Positions 30,707 through 40,608 of a DNA stretch of 64,000 nt are shown here, in pieces. Both the position numbers and the translations under genes were made by a program. Positions within the stretch are counted from its first letter, which is position 1. Every line of letters starts with the position of its first letter. The stretch comes from Candidatus Aceula meridiana (lineage in GTDB: Bacteria > Omnitrophota > Gorgyraeia > Zapsychrales > Aceulaceae): NCBI GenBank assembly GCA_030765185.1, contig JAVCDE010000031.1, forward strand, positions 4,650 through 68,649, in the 5' to 3' direction. The notes beneath the pieces are model-generated. The model saw only the letters and a program-made list of their open reading frames with translations, was not told the origin of the DNA and did no database searches.

Positions 30707-31867
30707 GCGTTCGATCGCTACGCTGACCGCCCCACCGGAACCAAAACATACCACAACTAAACCTATTTTTTTCTTTTTATCTTCAAGCGCCGAAAGAAGC
30801 GTTGTAAGCATTCTTGCTCCGGTTGATCCTAATGGATGTCCCAGGGCAATATCGCCACCGTAAATGTTCATTTTCTCATCAGGAATATTTAAAACTTGCT
30901 TTGTAAAAATTGCCTGACTTGCAAAAGACTCGCCAACCTCAAAAAGATCAATATCTTCTTTTTTAAGCTTACATTTTAAAAGGCATTCTTTAGCTGCCAA
31001 AACCGCCCCTTCAAAACATAACTCAGGTGCAAGCGCCACGGAGGCATATCCTAGAATTTTTGCTTTAGGTTTTAAATTATACTTTTTAACAGCATTCTCC
31101 GATGCCAAAATAACAGCAGCAGCACCATCTGCCGGCGCTGAGGCATTGCCTGCCGTCACGGTTCCGTTCTCCAAAAAAGCACCGGGAAGCCTTTCCATTC
31201 GCTCTAAGCTGATATTTTTACGCGGCCTCTCATCTTTATCGAATATCTTGCCGTCAGATAATTTTATTAAAATAATTTCTTTTGTAAACTTACCGCTTTG
31301 CTGAGCAGCAAGAGCCTTTTTGTGGCTTTCAACAGAAAATTTATCTTGGTCCTCACGTGAAATATTATTTTTCTTAGCTAGCTCTTCAGCTAAATGACCC
31401 ATATGTTTATCGCTTATGGCACACCAAAGACCGTCTTGAATAAGGCTATCAATAGGCTCTTTTCCTTCTTCTTTAATAATTTTAGGACAATGTGATGCGC
31501 TTTCACTGCCGCCGGCAATAATAATATCTAAGCCGTCGGCAATCATAGCCTGAGACGCCATAATGATAGACTGCAGTCCAGAACCACAAACACTGTTTAC
31601 CAGAAATGCAGGCGTTGTTACAGGTAAACCAGAGCCTATGACAGCCTCCCTTGCCAAATTCTGTCCTGATCCGGCAGAAACCGTGTTGCCTAGAATAATT
31701 TCATCGATATTGTTTTTAAGTTGAAGGTGACGAGCTGCTAATTCTTTAAGAACAACAGAAACTATCTCGCTTGCAGAAAAACTTTTAAGACTTTTAAATG
31801 TACTTCCGATGGGAGTCCGGACAGCGTCGATAATATAAATTTCTTGAGGAAATCGGGTTGAAACCAT
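30701..31867 (-). CDS. Acetyl-CoA C-acetyltransferase (thiolase).
   Basis: NSVCGSGLQSI active-site Cys region and a C-terminal GSGGAV motif. Confidence 0.85.
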   Translation of the reverse strand: MVSTRFPQEIYIIDAVRTPIGSTFKSLKSFSASEIVSVVLKELAARHLQLKNNIDEIILGNTVSAGSGQNLAREAVIGSGLPVTTPAFLVNSVCGSGLQSIIMASQAMIADGLDIIIAGGSESASHCPKIIKEEGKEPIDSLIQDGLWCAISDKHMGHLAEELAKKNNISREDQDKFSVESHKKALAAQQSGKFTKEIILIKLSDGKIFDKDERPRKNISLERMERLPGAFLENGTVTAGNASAPADGAAAVILASENAVKKYNLKPKAKILGYASVALAPELCFEGAVLAAKECLLKCKLKKEDIDLFEVGESFASQAIFTKQVLNIPDEKMNIYGGDIALGHPLGSTGARMLTTLLSALEDKKKKIGLVVVCFGSGGAVSVAIERL

Positions 31868-31870
31868 ATT

Positions 31871-34285
31871 TTATAAAGAAATGGTAGTAGCTTGTCCAAT
31901 GGTTAATTTTTGCGTTTTTCCTCGGATATCAATTAAAATTGCCGAATCGCTCTGCAAGGGCAGCCGTTGCAAAAGAGTTGCTTTAACAATGACTTTTTCT
32001 TTTTGAATTTCAACCGTAAACCAGATACTGCGATAGCGGACGCGAAACTTAATCCTCTTCCATTCTTTTGGAAGTTTCGGGTTAAGCGAAATTTTATCAT
32101 CTTGAATGCTAAGGCCTGCGACCCATCTTAAAAAAAGGTCAATCGTACCACCCATGACCCCGCAGTGAATACCCTCTTGCGTTGTCCCGCCCTGGGTGTC
32201 ATAAATATCGCTTCGCATGGCTTGCATAAAGAATTCCATAGCCAAATCTTCATAGCCGACGCGTTCAGCCAAATAGGCGTGAACAATGCGGCTTAGCGTC
32301 GATCCGTGTGAAGTGCGCTTCATGTAATAATCATAATTCTTTCTAAAAAGATCCTCGCTAAACGGATACCCTAAGGTCTCAAAAGTTTTCTTAATCTCTC
32401 CATCGTTTAAAGTGTAAAACATCATCAGGGTATCAGCTTGTTTTGCGACTTTATACTCATCCGGCGAAAGTCCCTCAGATTTTAAAATACGGTCAATGCG
32501 ATGAATATTGTCATATTTCGCTCGGTACTCGTCCCAATCCAACTCCTTTAAATCCATATAACCCTCAAATTGATGAATAATGCCGTCATCGCCCATGGGA
32601 ACAGTTATCTTTTTGCTGATATCTTTCCAACGGTCTACTTCTTTTTCATCTACTCCAATTTTCAAAAGAAGTGCGTGCCTTTTTTCATCCGGCATGTGCC
32701 CCAAAAGCGTGAGAGCTTTTTCCATAATCCATGCAACTAAAACGTTCGTATAAGCATTGTTTTTAACTCCGCCTTTTTCCGCCCCTGGGAGTTTCTCGTG
32801 AAATTCATCCGGACCCATAACTCCTTCGATGTCATAGCGCCCTGTCTTTTCGTTAATCCGGCTAATGCTAGACCAAAAATGTGCAATTTCTAAAAACATC
32901 TCGGCCCCATAACGGTCTAGAAAATCATTGTCTCCCGATGTATAAACATAGGTCCACACATTATAAGCAATCGCAATAGAAACATGGCGCTGGGAAGAAC
33001 TGTAGTCCGGGCCCCACTTCCCGGATAGCGGGTTAAGATGCACCACTTGCGTTGTCTCGTTACCGGCAGATGCGCTTTGCCAAGGGAACATTGCCCCCCG
33101 GTAGCCATGCTCCCGGGCGTATTCTTTAGCGGCAGATAAACGCCTGTACCGATACATTAAAAGTGCGCGGGTAATCTCCGGGGCGCGCAACGTATAAAAA
33201 GGATAGGCATAAAGCTCATCCCAAAAAATATGTCCACGGTAGGCCTCGCCATGCAACCCTCGAGCAGGCAGGCCGGCATCAATTTCTTCGTTGTAACTTG
33301 AGGCTACCTGCAAAAGATGAAATGTGTGAAGACGTAAAACTAACTGGGCAAAATCATCGCCATCAATTTCAATATCAAAATCCTGCCACAAAGCTTTCCA
33401 CCTTGCCACATGCGGCTTGTAAATTGCTTCAAAATTTTCTATCCTTGCCAAAGACTCTTGCGCAATTTGGCAATTATCCACAACGCCTTGGTCACGGGAC
33501 GTGTACAAGCTCATCACCTTATCAACGGTATATTTCTTTCCTTGCTCAACCTCAAGAGTAAGTTCTTTTAAAATTCTTTCCTTCCCATGAGTTAAAACCC
33601 GCATTGAAGGTTCAATTCTTTGGTTATTGCAATAAACAAGCGTTCTTACAGCTTCGGTAATTTGAATTTTTGATTGGTTTGTTTGCATCTTCAAGAAAAT
33701 TCCATCCTTGCCAAAACAGCCGAATGTCACCGGCTCAAGATGCTTAGAATTAAGCTGCTTGTAGCGTTCGACGCCAGCGTTAATAATAAGTCCGTCTATG
33801 CCGTTTCGAATAGTTATTTTTCCGCTATAATTTTCGGGGGTGATCGTGCATCGCAATGCCCCAAAGTGAGGATTCGCCATGCTCACAATGCGGTGGTTTT
33901 CCATCAAGGTAATGCGTCCTTGGCTATCTTGCCAGCGTACACGTCTTGAAAGAACTCCCTTTTTCATGTTAAGTTCAACTTTCCAGGAAAGAATTTTGGT
34001 TTTAAGACGGTCAAACCATGGGCCACCATTTACGCGGATGTTGAGCATAAGCCAATTAGGACAATTTACAAAATCTTCGTTAGCAACTCCCCGGCCTGCT
34101 ATCTCGGTAATAAGCTCGTTATAAACTCCGGCGACATAAGTGCCCGGATAATGGACTTTGGTCGCTACGTTTTCAGGGGCAGCCCCGCGGGTGCCGAAAT
34201 AACCGTTACCAAGAGTACAAAGGGCTTCGCGCAGGTTTTCTTCCTCAGGGACAAATTTATCGTAAATAAGCTTCCAGGTATTCAT
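31871..34285 (-). CDS. GH65 family glycoside phosphorylase (maltose/trehalose/kojibiose phosphorylase-like).
   Basis: 804 aa. Pairing with beta-phosphoglucomutase is the hallmark of GH65 phosphorylases. Confidence 0.85.
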   Translation of the reverse strand: MNTWKLIYDKFVPEEENLREALCTLGNGYFGTRGAAPENVATKVHYPGTYVAGVYNELITEIAGRGVANEDFVNCPNWLMLNIRVNGGPWFDRLKTKILSWKVELNMKKGVLSRRVRWQDSQGRITLMENHRIVSMANPHFGALRCTITPENYSGKITIRNGIDGLIINAGVERYKQLNSKHLEPVTFGCFGKDGIFLKMQTNQSKIQITEAVRTLVYCNNQRIEPSMRVLTHGKERILKELTLEVEQGKKYTVDKVMSLYTSRDQGVVDNCQIAQESLARIENFEAIYKPHVARWKALWQDFDIEIDGDDFAQLVLRLHTFHLLQVASSYNEEIDAGLPARGLHGEAYRGHIFWDELYAYPFYTLRAPEITRALLMYRYRRLSAAKEYAREHGYRGAMFPWQSASAGNETTQVVHLNPLSGKWGPDYSSSQRHVSIAIAYNVWTYVYTSGDNDFLDRYGAEMFLEIAHFWSSISRINEKTGRYDIEGVMGPDEFHEKLPGAEKGGVKNNAYTNVLVAWIMEKALTLLGHMPDEKRHALLLKIGVDEKEVDRWKDISKKITVPMGDDGIIHQFEGYMDLKELDWDEYRAKYDNIHRIDRILKSEGLSPDEYKVAKQADTLMMFYTLNDGEIKKTFETLGYPFSEDLFRKNYDYYMKRTSHGSTLSRIVHAYLAERVGYEDLAMEFFMQAMRSDIYDTQGGTTQEGIHCGVMGGTIDLFLRWVAGLSIQDDKISLNPKLPKEWKRIKFRVRYRSIWFTVEIQKEKVIVKATLLQRLPLQSDSAILIDIRGKTQKLTIGQATTISL

Positions 34286-34291
34286 AAAATT

Positions 34292-35044
34292 TTATTTTTC
34301 CATCCACTGGTTAACTGTTTGGGCGGTGACGCCTTCAAAACTATTGATAACCACATCAGCGCCGTTTTCTTTAAGGTCTTTATCATTACCTTCACGGGCC
34401 ACGCCAATAACTAAGGCAAACTTGCCATTCTTACCGGCTTGAACGCCCGAGACAGCATCTTCAATAACAACAGCCCTGTCAGGAGTGCAACCGACATTTT
34501 TGCAGGCCGTTGTGAAAATATCCCCCTCTGGCTTTCCCTTAAGCCCTAATTCGGCCGAAACAACGCCGTCAACGCATGTTTCAAAAAAATCTTCAAGCCC
34601 GGTTTTCTGTAAAATCAATCGAGCATTCTTACTCGATGAAGCCATCCCGATATGAACGCCATTGGCTTTAAGGTCTTTGACAAAAGCAACAGCCGGCTCA
34701 AACACTTGAGCCCCTTTTTCTTCTAAAATTTTTTTAAATTTAAAATTTTTCTTGTTGCCAAGGCCGCAGACCGTTTCTTGGTCCGGAGAATCTTTGGGGT
34801 CGCCAAAGTCGATATTAATATTACGGGACTCTAAAAAGCTTTGAACGCCTTTATACCGAGGTTTTCCATCAACATAAGGAAGGTAATCATTTTCGTGAGT
34901 AAATTCTTTGAAAAGTTCGCTGTCTCTTTGCTCGCGCAGCTTAAGATATTCATCAAACATTTTCTTCCAAGAAGCCGCATGAACAAGAGCAGTTTTTGTA
35001 ATAACGCCATCAAGGTCAAAAATTATAGCATCATAATTCTTCAT
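34292..35044 (-). CDS. pgmB: Beta-phosphoglucomutase (HAD superfamily).
   Basis: IIFDLDGVITKT motif I and HAD motifs. Confidence 0.85.
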   Translation of the reverse strand: MKNYDAIIFDLDGVITKTALVHAASWKKMFDEYLKLREQRDSELFKEFTHENDYLPYVDGKPRYKGVQSFLESRNINIDFGDPKDSPDQETVCGLGNKKNFKFKKILEEKGAQVFEPAVAFVKDLKANGVHIGMASSSKNARLILQKTGLEDFFETCVDGVVSAELGLKGKPEGDIFTTACKNVGCTPDRAVVIEDAVSGVQAGKNGKFALVIGVAREGNDKDLKENGADVVINSFEGVTAQTVNQWMEK

Positions 35045-35077
35045 AATTTCCCCTTTTATTAGTAACTATATTAATCT

Positions 35078-35221
35078 CGGATTTTGTATTAACAAAATCC
35101 ACCCGCAGGGCCGCAGCGTCGCAACCTGTTGCGACTTGAGGGATTACCCTCGCCGAAGGCGTTTTGCATTTGGATGTTCTTGCTCCGCTTTTTTAAAACA
35201 AGAAAACATTCAAATGCAAAA
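35078..35221 (-). ncRNA. Candidate structured RNA or structured 5'UTR (~145 nt) between the lipoprotein gene and pgmB.
   Basis: Minus-strand RNA forms consecutive hairpins: a ~21-bp imperfect stem (UUUUGCAUUUGAAUGUUUUCUUG...CAAGAACAUCCAAAUGCAAAA), C(UUCG)G, AGGG-UAAU-CCCU, GUCGCAA-CAGG-UUGCGAC and GGAUUUUGU-UAAU-ACAAAAUCC. Strand and function are not established. Confidence 0.3.
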
Positions 35222-35327
35222 TTCGGGTTAATATATAATAGATTTTAAATGCTTGAGACTGAAGATATTATACGCAAATTGTCGTCTGTTGGCAAGGCAT
35301 TATCGCAGGTGGACTCAAAAAGAGAGG

Positions 35328-35879
35328 CTATTCCTCATCTACAAAGAGGGCATTAAGCTTTTGAAGGGTTTGAGGGCCTATTTTACCATCGACCTTGAGG
35401 TTGTTGGCTTCTTGAAAGGCTTTTACGGCTTCTTTGGTCTTCGGGCCTGTTTTGCCGTCAAGTTTGCCAGGATCAAAGCCTTGAGAAGATAATACTTCTT
35501 GAACAGTTAAAAGGTCAACTTCTCCTCTTTTAACAAGTCCTGTTTCCGTAAACACATTAAGTTCTCGCCATGTCGTTTTGCCCGCAAAGCGGCTGACCTT
35601 AAGGCCCTTAGCCTCTTGAAAGCCAGCTAAAGCATCACGCACTTTAGGCCCTAGCTTTCCGTCACTTTTTCCGCAACTAAACCCATGAATCCTCAAAAGC
35701 TTTTGAAGAAGTTCAACTTTCTCGTTATACTCATTAGGAATAACCTCTCCTAAAAGCGCCTTTTCCTGTGCGCCCTCTTTTTGTAAAATGCCATAAACAA
35801 AATCGCATCCGCTAAAACATACTAGCGAAAAAAAGCAAAATGATAATACAGCAAATAAGCAGAAGGTTGTTTTTTTCAT
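35328..35879 (-). CDS. Lipoprotein with two peptidoglycan-binding (PG_binding_1-like) repeats.
   Basis: Lipobox FSGC, and two ~55-aa repeats ...GFxxGKxDGKxGPKTxxAxxxFQ.... Confidence 0.65.
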   Translation of the reverse strand: MKKTTFCLFAVLSFCFFSLVCFSGCDFVYGILQKEGAQEKALLGEVIPNEYNEKVELLQKLLRIHGFSCGKSDGKLGPKVRDALAGFQEAKGLKVSRFAGKTTWRELNVFTETGLVKRGEVDLLTVQEVLSSQGFDPGKLDGKTGPKTKEAVKAFQEANNLKVDGKIGPQTLQKLNALFVDEE

Positions 35880-35947
35880 AATAGAAATAGCAAAGGCTCT
35901 TACAAAACCGGTAAGAGCCTTTCAAAAAACAATAAAATAAAAATATC

Positions 35948-36313
35948 TTAAGCCGTTAATTCCCGGATAGATTCTAAAATATATTTAAAATCGACTGTTT
36001 TAACTGTAAAGTCATCCGCTCCAACCTCTCTGGCACGACGGGCATCGACCGCCTCTAATTTTCCGGTATAAAGAATAATCTTAGAGAAATTATCGGTATC
36101 TTTGATTCTTTGGCACAATTCAAAACCATTTCCGTCAGGCAGCATAACATCCAAAATAATAACATCAGGCTTCTCTTGTTCAAAAAGCTTAAATCCCTCT
36201 TCGGCTAAAGAAGCTGAAACAACATTAAAGCCAGCGGCTTCTAAATTAGCTGTAAGAATTTTTTGAATATCCTCTTCATCTTCAATAATCAATATTTTCT
36301 TTTTTTCTCCCAT
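35948..36313 (-). CDS. Single-domain response regulator (receiver only).
   Basis: ILIIEDEED...VIILDVMLPDGNG. Confidence 0.8.
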   Translation of the reverse strand: MGEKKKILIIEDEEDIQKILTANLEAAGFNVVSASLAEEGFKLFEQEKPDVIILDVMLPDGNGFELCQRIKDTDNFSKIILYTGKLEAVDARRAREVGADDFTVKTVDFKYILESIRELTA

Positions 36314-36339
36314 TAGAATCTCCTCAAATTATAAAAATT

Positions 36340-36702
36340 TTAAAACTCTTTAATTTTCTCTAAAAGAGCATCATAGTCAAACGGCTTAAAAACATAGCCA
36401 TTTGCATTGACCTGTTCAACTCGTTCTTGAAAACCCTCAGATGGCGTACTGGCCGTTATAAACAACACCGGGATAGGTTTTAAATTCTCGTCAGCTTTAA
36501 TCTGAGAACAAATTTCATACCCATTTAATCCGGGCAATGTAATATCCAAAAGAACCAAGTCAAACTTTTCGGCTCGTACAATCTCCATAGCTTGATGGCC
36601 TTCTGAAGCTGTTTTAACTTCAAATCCATCTTTTTGCAAGCGAAAAATAATAACCTTTAGAATATCAGGTTCGTCGTCGACAACTAAAATTTTCTTAACC
36701 AT
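36340..36702 (-). CDS. Single-domain response regulator (receiver only).
   Basis: ILVVDDEPD...LVLLDITLPGLNG. Confidence 0.8.
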   Translation of the reverse strand: MVKKILVVDDEPDILKVIIFRLQKDGFEVKTASEGHQAMEIVRAEKFDLVLLDITLPGLNGYEICSQIKADENLKPIPVLFITASTPSEGFQERVEQVNANGYVFKPFDYDALLEKIKEF

Positions 36703-36717
36703 GGCGTTCCTCCTATT

Positions 36718-39700
36718 TTACGCTTCCTTTTTGCGTCTCTCTTCAATAGGCAAAATGAAAGAAAAAATGCTTCCTTCACCCTCTTTTGATTCAACCCAAA
36801 TTTTTCCGCCATGCTCTTCAACGATTTTTTTTGAAATGGCAAGGCCAAGGCCTGTTGACCCGGTTTTTCTTTCTTTTCCTTTTTTAAGCTGGCTGAATGT
36901 TTGAAATAATTTTGAAAAATCTTCTTCTTTGATACCGTCGCCTTGGTCAATCACGGAAACCTTGATCGTATTGCCTTCTTGACGTGCTTGAAGGGTGACA
37001 GGTTTCCCACTCGCATATTTAACCGCGTTACTTACAAGATTTGTAACAACCTGCGTAATGCGGTCATGATCAAAACCCACTTGAGGAAGATTTTCTTGAA
37101 TATCAGCTTTTAGCTCCACGTTTTCTTTTTTGGCAACTTTATCCATGGTCATAACAACTTCTTTAATCATAGGCGCAATGTCCTGATTTGCAAATTCAAA
37201 AGTCATCTGGCTTGTGTCCAATTTCTGAAAATCTAAAACATCATTAATAAGCCTCGCTAACCGTTCAACATTTCGCTTGGCAACATCTAAAAATTCTGCT
37301 TGTTCTTTATTCAGCTCCCCGGTAACGCCATCAGCAACAATAGAAATTCCTTCTTTAATAGCCGTTAACGGCGTGCGCAGTTCATGAGAGACAACAGAGA
37401 TAAATTCGCTTTTCATGCGCATGGCGTCTTTGGCTTTTTCTTCGGCCTCTTTGCGTGCCGTAATATCTTCTTTGACCGCAATATAATTAGTTGTTTTTCC
37501 GCTCTCATTGCGGATTGGAGAAATAGAAGCAAGTTCCCAATAGAGGTCGCCGTTTTTCTTTTTATTACAAAACTCTCCTCGCCACTCTTTGGCTTGTGTA
37601 ATCGTGTCCCACATATCTTTATAAAACTCTGGAGGCTGTTTATCCGATTTTAATACGCGGGGATTTTGCCCTAAGGCTTCTTCAAAGGTGTATCCGGTCA
37701 ATTGGCAAAATTTTGGATTCACGTACTCAATATTGCCATCAGGATCTGTGATAACAACTGTAGCCGGGCTTTGCTCAATAGCACTTGAAAGTTTTATTAG
37801 CTCGGCCTCGACTTCTTTTCTTTTTGTAATATTTTCCATTAAGCCAATGTTTGAAACGATGATCCCTTGTCCATCAAAATGAAGGACCCCTCTGTCATGA
37901 AACCAAAAATATTGGCCGTTCTTGTGGCGGAAGCGGTATTCAACATCAAAATTGCGTTTTTCGCTAATCGCTTTTTCTAGCTCCTCTTTGACTCTATCGA
38001 CGTCTTCAGGGTGACATTTTTCAAACCATTCGCCAGAACTATTCCCCATTTCATTCAAAGTATAGCCAATAACTTCTTGAAAATTTCCCATCCAGAGAAT
38101 CCTATCCTCAGAAAAATAGTGTTCGTAAACAATCTGACTAACAGCGCTAACCAGTGCTTCGTTTTTGCTCAAGGCCCGGGAAACAAACTCTTCAGCCTGT
38201 CGTCGCGCAGTAACATCCTCAAAGCTTTCAATCCCCTCAACAATGTTTCCGTTTGCGTCTTTTAAAACATCGGCGTTCTTTGAAATTATACGAATTTCCC
38301 CGTCTTTTCTTTTAATCTTACATTCTCGGCCTACAATAGGCTTCTGTATATTCTCATCGAAAAGCCCGCAAGAATCTTTGCAGGGATGATCGGCAAAAAG
38401 CGAACATTTCTTGCCGAGAACCTCTTCAGATTGATACCCGGTAAGTTCTTCAGCCTTTTTGTTCCACTGGGTAACTTTTTGGTCTTTATCAACAATAAAA
38501 ATCGCGCTTGGTGAAAGCTCAAAAACCCTTTCGGCAGATTCTTTCGACGTAACAATTTGCTGCTGTGATTCTTCTATTTTCTTTGTTTTAACCGCTAACT
38601 CTTCATAAAGAGCTTTAATCGCTTCGTTGGTTCTTTCCAGTCCCCAGGCTTTTTCTTTTAGCGCATCTTGGGCTTCCTTGAGCACTTTTTCTGCCCGTTT
38701 ATTCTCTGTGATATCACGGCCAAAAATAGAAGCGCCAATAATTTTTTTATTTTCTCCCCGAATCGGTGAAATGTTTAAAGAAACATCTATCATCTGCCCG
38801 TCTTTGCGTCGGCGAACAGTTTCATAGCTCTCAACAGACTCGCCATTTCTTGTTTTTTCTAAGAAATCTTCTGTCTCGTTTCGCTTATCTTCGGGAATGA
38901 TGATGTCAATGCGCTTACCTTTCACTTCTTTTTCTTTATAGCCATATATTTTTTCCGCTCCTCTGTTCCAGTTTAAAATGCGTCCGTCAAGCGTTTTTCC
39001 GATAATGGCGTCTTCCGACGAAGCAACAATCGCCGCCAAACGCCTTGCGTTTTCAGAAGATTTTTGAGTCATATAAATGATTACAATAAAAATCAAAATT
39101 AAAAGCTCTAAAAATAGCGTTAGCACAATGCCTAGCCATCGATAAATTATGACACGATCAGCCGAAGCTAAAAAAAGAATAGACCATTGATCCTCACTAA
39201 CAACGCTTTGATTGACAAAAAACTTTTTCCCATGAAAAACTATCTCGCTCTTATCCAAAATCTTTTGAATCCCCATAGACTTAAACGGTCCAGGACCAAA
39301 TTGTTGCGAGGAAGCAATTCTTTTTTGTATATCATCGTTTATCGGCCAAAGAGACTTTAAAACCCACTTAGGATGGCTTGATAGAAAAATAATTCCATCC
39401 GGGCTGACAAGATAGCAATGAGAAAACTTCACAAAGTCCTGCGCAAGAACATCTAGATCTCTTTTAATAACAGCAACACCGATGATTTCCTTTACTGAAT
39501 TCTTAACAGGATGGGAAACATAATATCCTCTTTTGCGGGAAGTAACCCCGTAAGCAAAATAACGGCCGGTTTTTCCTTCGATAGATTGCTGAAAATACGG
39601 CCTAAATTGATAATTTTTGCCAACAAAGCTATCAGGCTGATTACGATTTGAGGAAGCAATGGCTTCGCCTTTTAAATTAAGAATATAACAAATAGAGCTT

Positions 39701-40026
39701 GGTAGTGTCTCGGCATAACGGTCTAAAGCAATATTAATTTCTACTAAATCCTGCGCGTCGGGCAACTCAGCAATCTTTAATAGCCGAGGAGACCCAGACA
39801 ACAGCTTGCTAACACGCTCTGTGACGACTAAAATACGTTTCACGCTGCTTCCTAGGGCATGAAGATTCGCCTCTCCTTCGTCAAAAACTTCTTCTCTCGC
39901 ATACTCCGTCATTTTGGAGGTGACAAACCAGCCAGAGAAAAAAATGGCTATTACCGTAATAACATAAAAAATAACAAAGCGATTCGAAAGATATCCTTTT
40001 GTATGTGAAAAATTATTTTTTTTCAT
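36718..40026 (-). CDS. Multi-PAS sensor histidine kinase with an N-terminal periplasmic (Cache-like) domain.
   Basis: Two TM segments flank a ~270-aa extracytoplasmic domain, followed by about four PAS repeats, a HisKA H-box (SHELRTPL) and HATPase_c. Confidence 0.85.
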   Translation of the reverse strand: MKKNNFSHTKGYLSNRFVIFYVITVIAIFFSGWFVTSKMTEYAREEVFDEGEANLHALGSSVKRILVVTERVSKLLSGSPRLLKIAELPDAQDLVEINIALDRYAETLPSSICYILNLKGEAIASSNRNQPDSFVGKNYQFRPYFQQSIEGKTGRYFAYGVTSRKRGYYVSHPVKNSVKEIIGVAVIKRDLDVLAQDFVKFSHCYLVSPDGIIFLSSHPKWVLKSLWPINDDIQKRIASSQQFGPGPFKSMGIQKILDKSEIVFHGKKFFVNQSVVSEDQWSILFLASADRVIIYRWLGIVLTLFLELLILIFIVIIYMTQKSSENARRLAAIVASSEDAIIGKTLDGRILNWNRGAEKIYGYKEKEVKGKRIDIIIPEDKRNETEDFLEKTRNGESVESYETVRRRKDGQMIDVSLNISPIRGENKKIIGASIFGRDITENKRAEKVLKEAQDALKEKAWGLERTNEAIKALYEELAVKTKKIEESQQQIVTSKESAERVFELSPSAIFIVDKDQKVTQWNKKAEELTGYQSEEVLGKKCSLFADHPCKDSCGLFDENIQKPIVGRECKIKRKDGEIRIISKNADVLKDANGNIVEGIESFEDVTARRQAEEFVSRALSKNEALVSAVSQIVYEHYFSEDRILWMGNFQEVIGYTLNEMGNSSGEWFEKCHPEDVDRVKEELEKAISEKRNFDVEYRFRHKNGQYFWFHDRGVLHFDGQGIIVSNIGLMENITKRKEVEAELIKLSSAIEQSPATVVITDPDGNIEYVNPKFCQLTGYTFEEALGQNPRVLKSDKQPPEFYKDMWDTITQAKEWRGEFCNKKKNGDLYWELASISPIRNESGKTTNYIAVKEDITARKEAEEKAKDAMRMKSEFISVVSHELRTPLTAIKEGISIVADGVTGELNKEQAEFLDVAKRNVERLARLINDVLDFQKLDTSQMTFEFANQDIAPMIKEVVMTMDKVAKKENVELKADIQENLPQVGFDHDRITQVVTNLVSNAVKYASGKPVTLQARQEGNTIKVSVIDQGDGIKEEDFSKLFQTFSQLKKGKERKTGSTGLGLAISKKIVEEHGGKIWVESKEGEGSIFSFILPIEERRKKEA

Positions 40027-40604
40027 TTTTTAAAACTTTCTATGTAGGTTGCCTTCTTTTTTGACTTTCTTTCAACAAAAGGCGGCCCGCTTTTAAAATT
40101 CATACAAAGCCCTTTAAGGCCGTGTTCTTGCGGATTAGGGCAACAGACTTTCTTAACGCTACCGTCTTGCTGTAGCAAATAGCCACGCCCGCTAACCGGG
40201 CAAATTATTTTCTTGTGCAAAAATTTCTGAGTGTAAAGCTCGTCAAGATCTTCCGGGAATTTTTTATTTTCCGCATAATAAAGATCGATGGCCTTGCGGA
40301 TGTTCCAAAGCTTAAAGGCACATTCATTAACTTTATAATCAGTATTTTTAACGCCACCGGCAATCCAATAGTCCGGCTTATAAAATATTCGGCTTTCTTC
40401 AAGAAGAATAAAAATAAGCCGTAGACTTAACCCTGTAACGAGGAGAAAGCCTAAAAAAATAAAGGCCTGGCGGCCTTTTGTCATAACTTCTTTTTTGTTT
40501 TCTTCTTTCTGAATTCTTTTTTGTTCCTCAGACTCTTTTTGATCGTACTCTCCAAGGATGTCGTTTAGAGTTTCCTTTTTCTGAGGGTCTTGGGGGTCTA
40601 CCAT
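40023..40604 (-). CDS. Bitopic membrane protein with a charged N-tail and a Cys-rich periplasmic domain. There is a weak pseudopilin-like motif (AIDLYYAENKKFPEDLDEL).
   Basis: One TM helix and five Cys in the C-terminal 90 aa. No prepilin peptidase site. Translationally coupled to the kinase and the ATPase. Confidence 0.35.
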   Translation of the reverse strand: MVDPQDPQKKETLNDILGEYDQKESEEQKRIQKEENKKEVMTKGRQAFIFLGFLLVTGLSLRLIFILLEESRIFYKPDYWIAGGVKNTDYKVNECAFKLWNIRKAIDLYYAENKKFPEDLDELYTQKFLHKKIICPVSGRGYLLQQDGSVKKVCCPNPQEHGLKGLCMNFKSGPPFVERKSKKKATYIESFKK

Positions 40605-40608
40605 AAAA

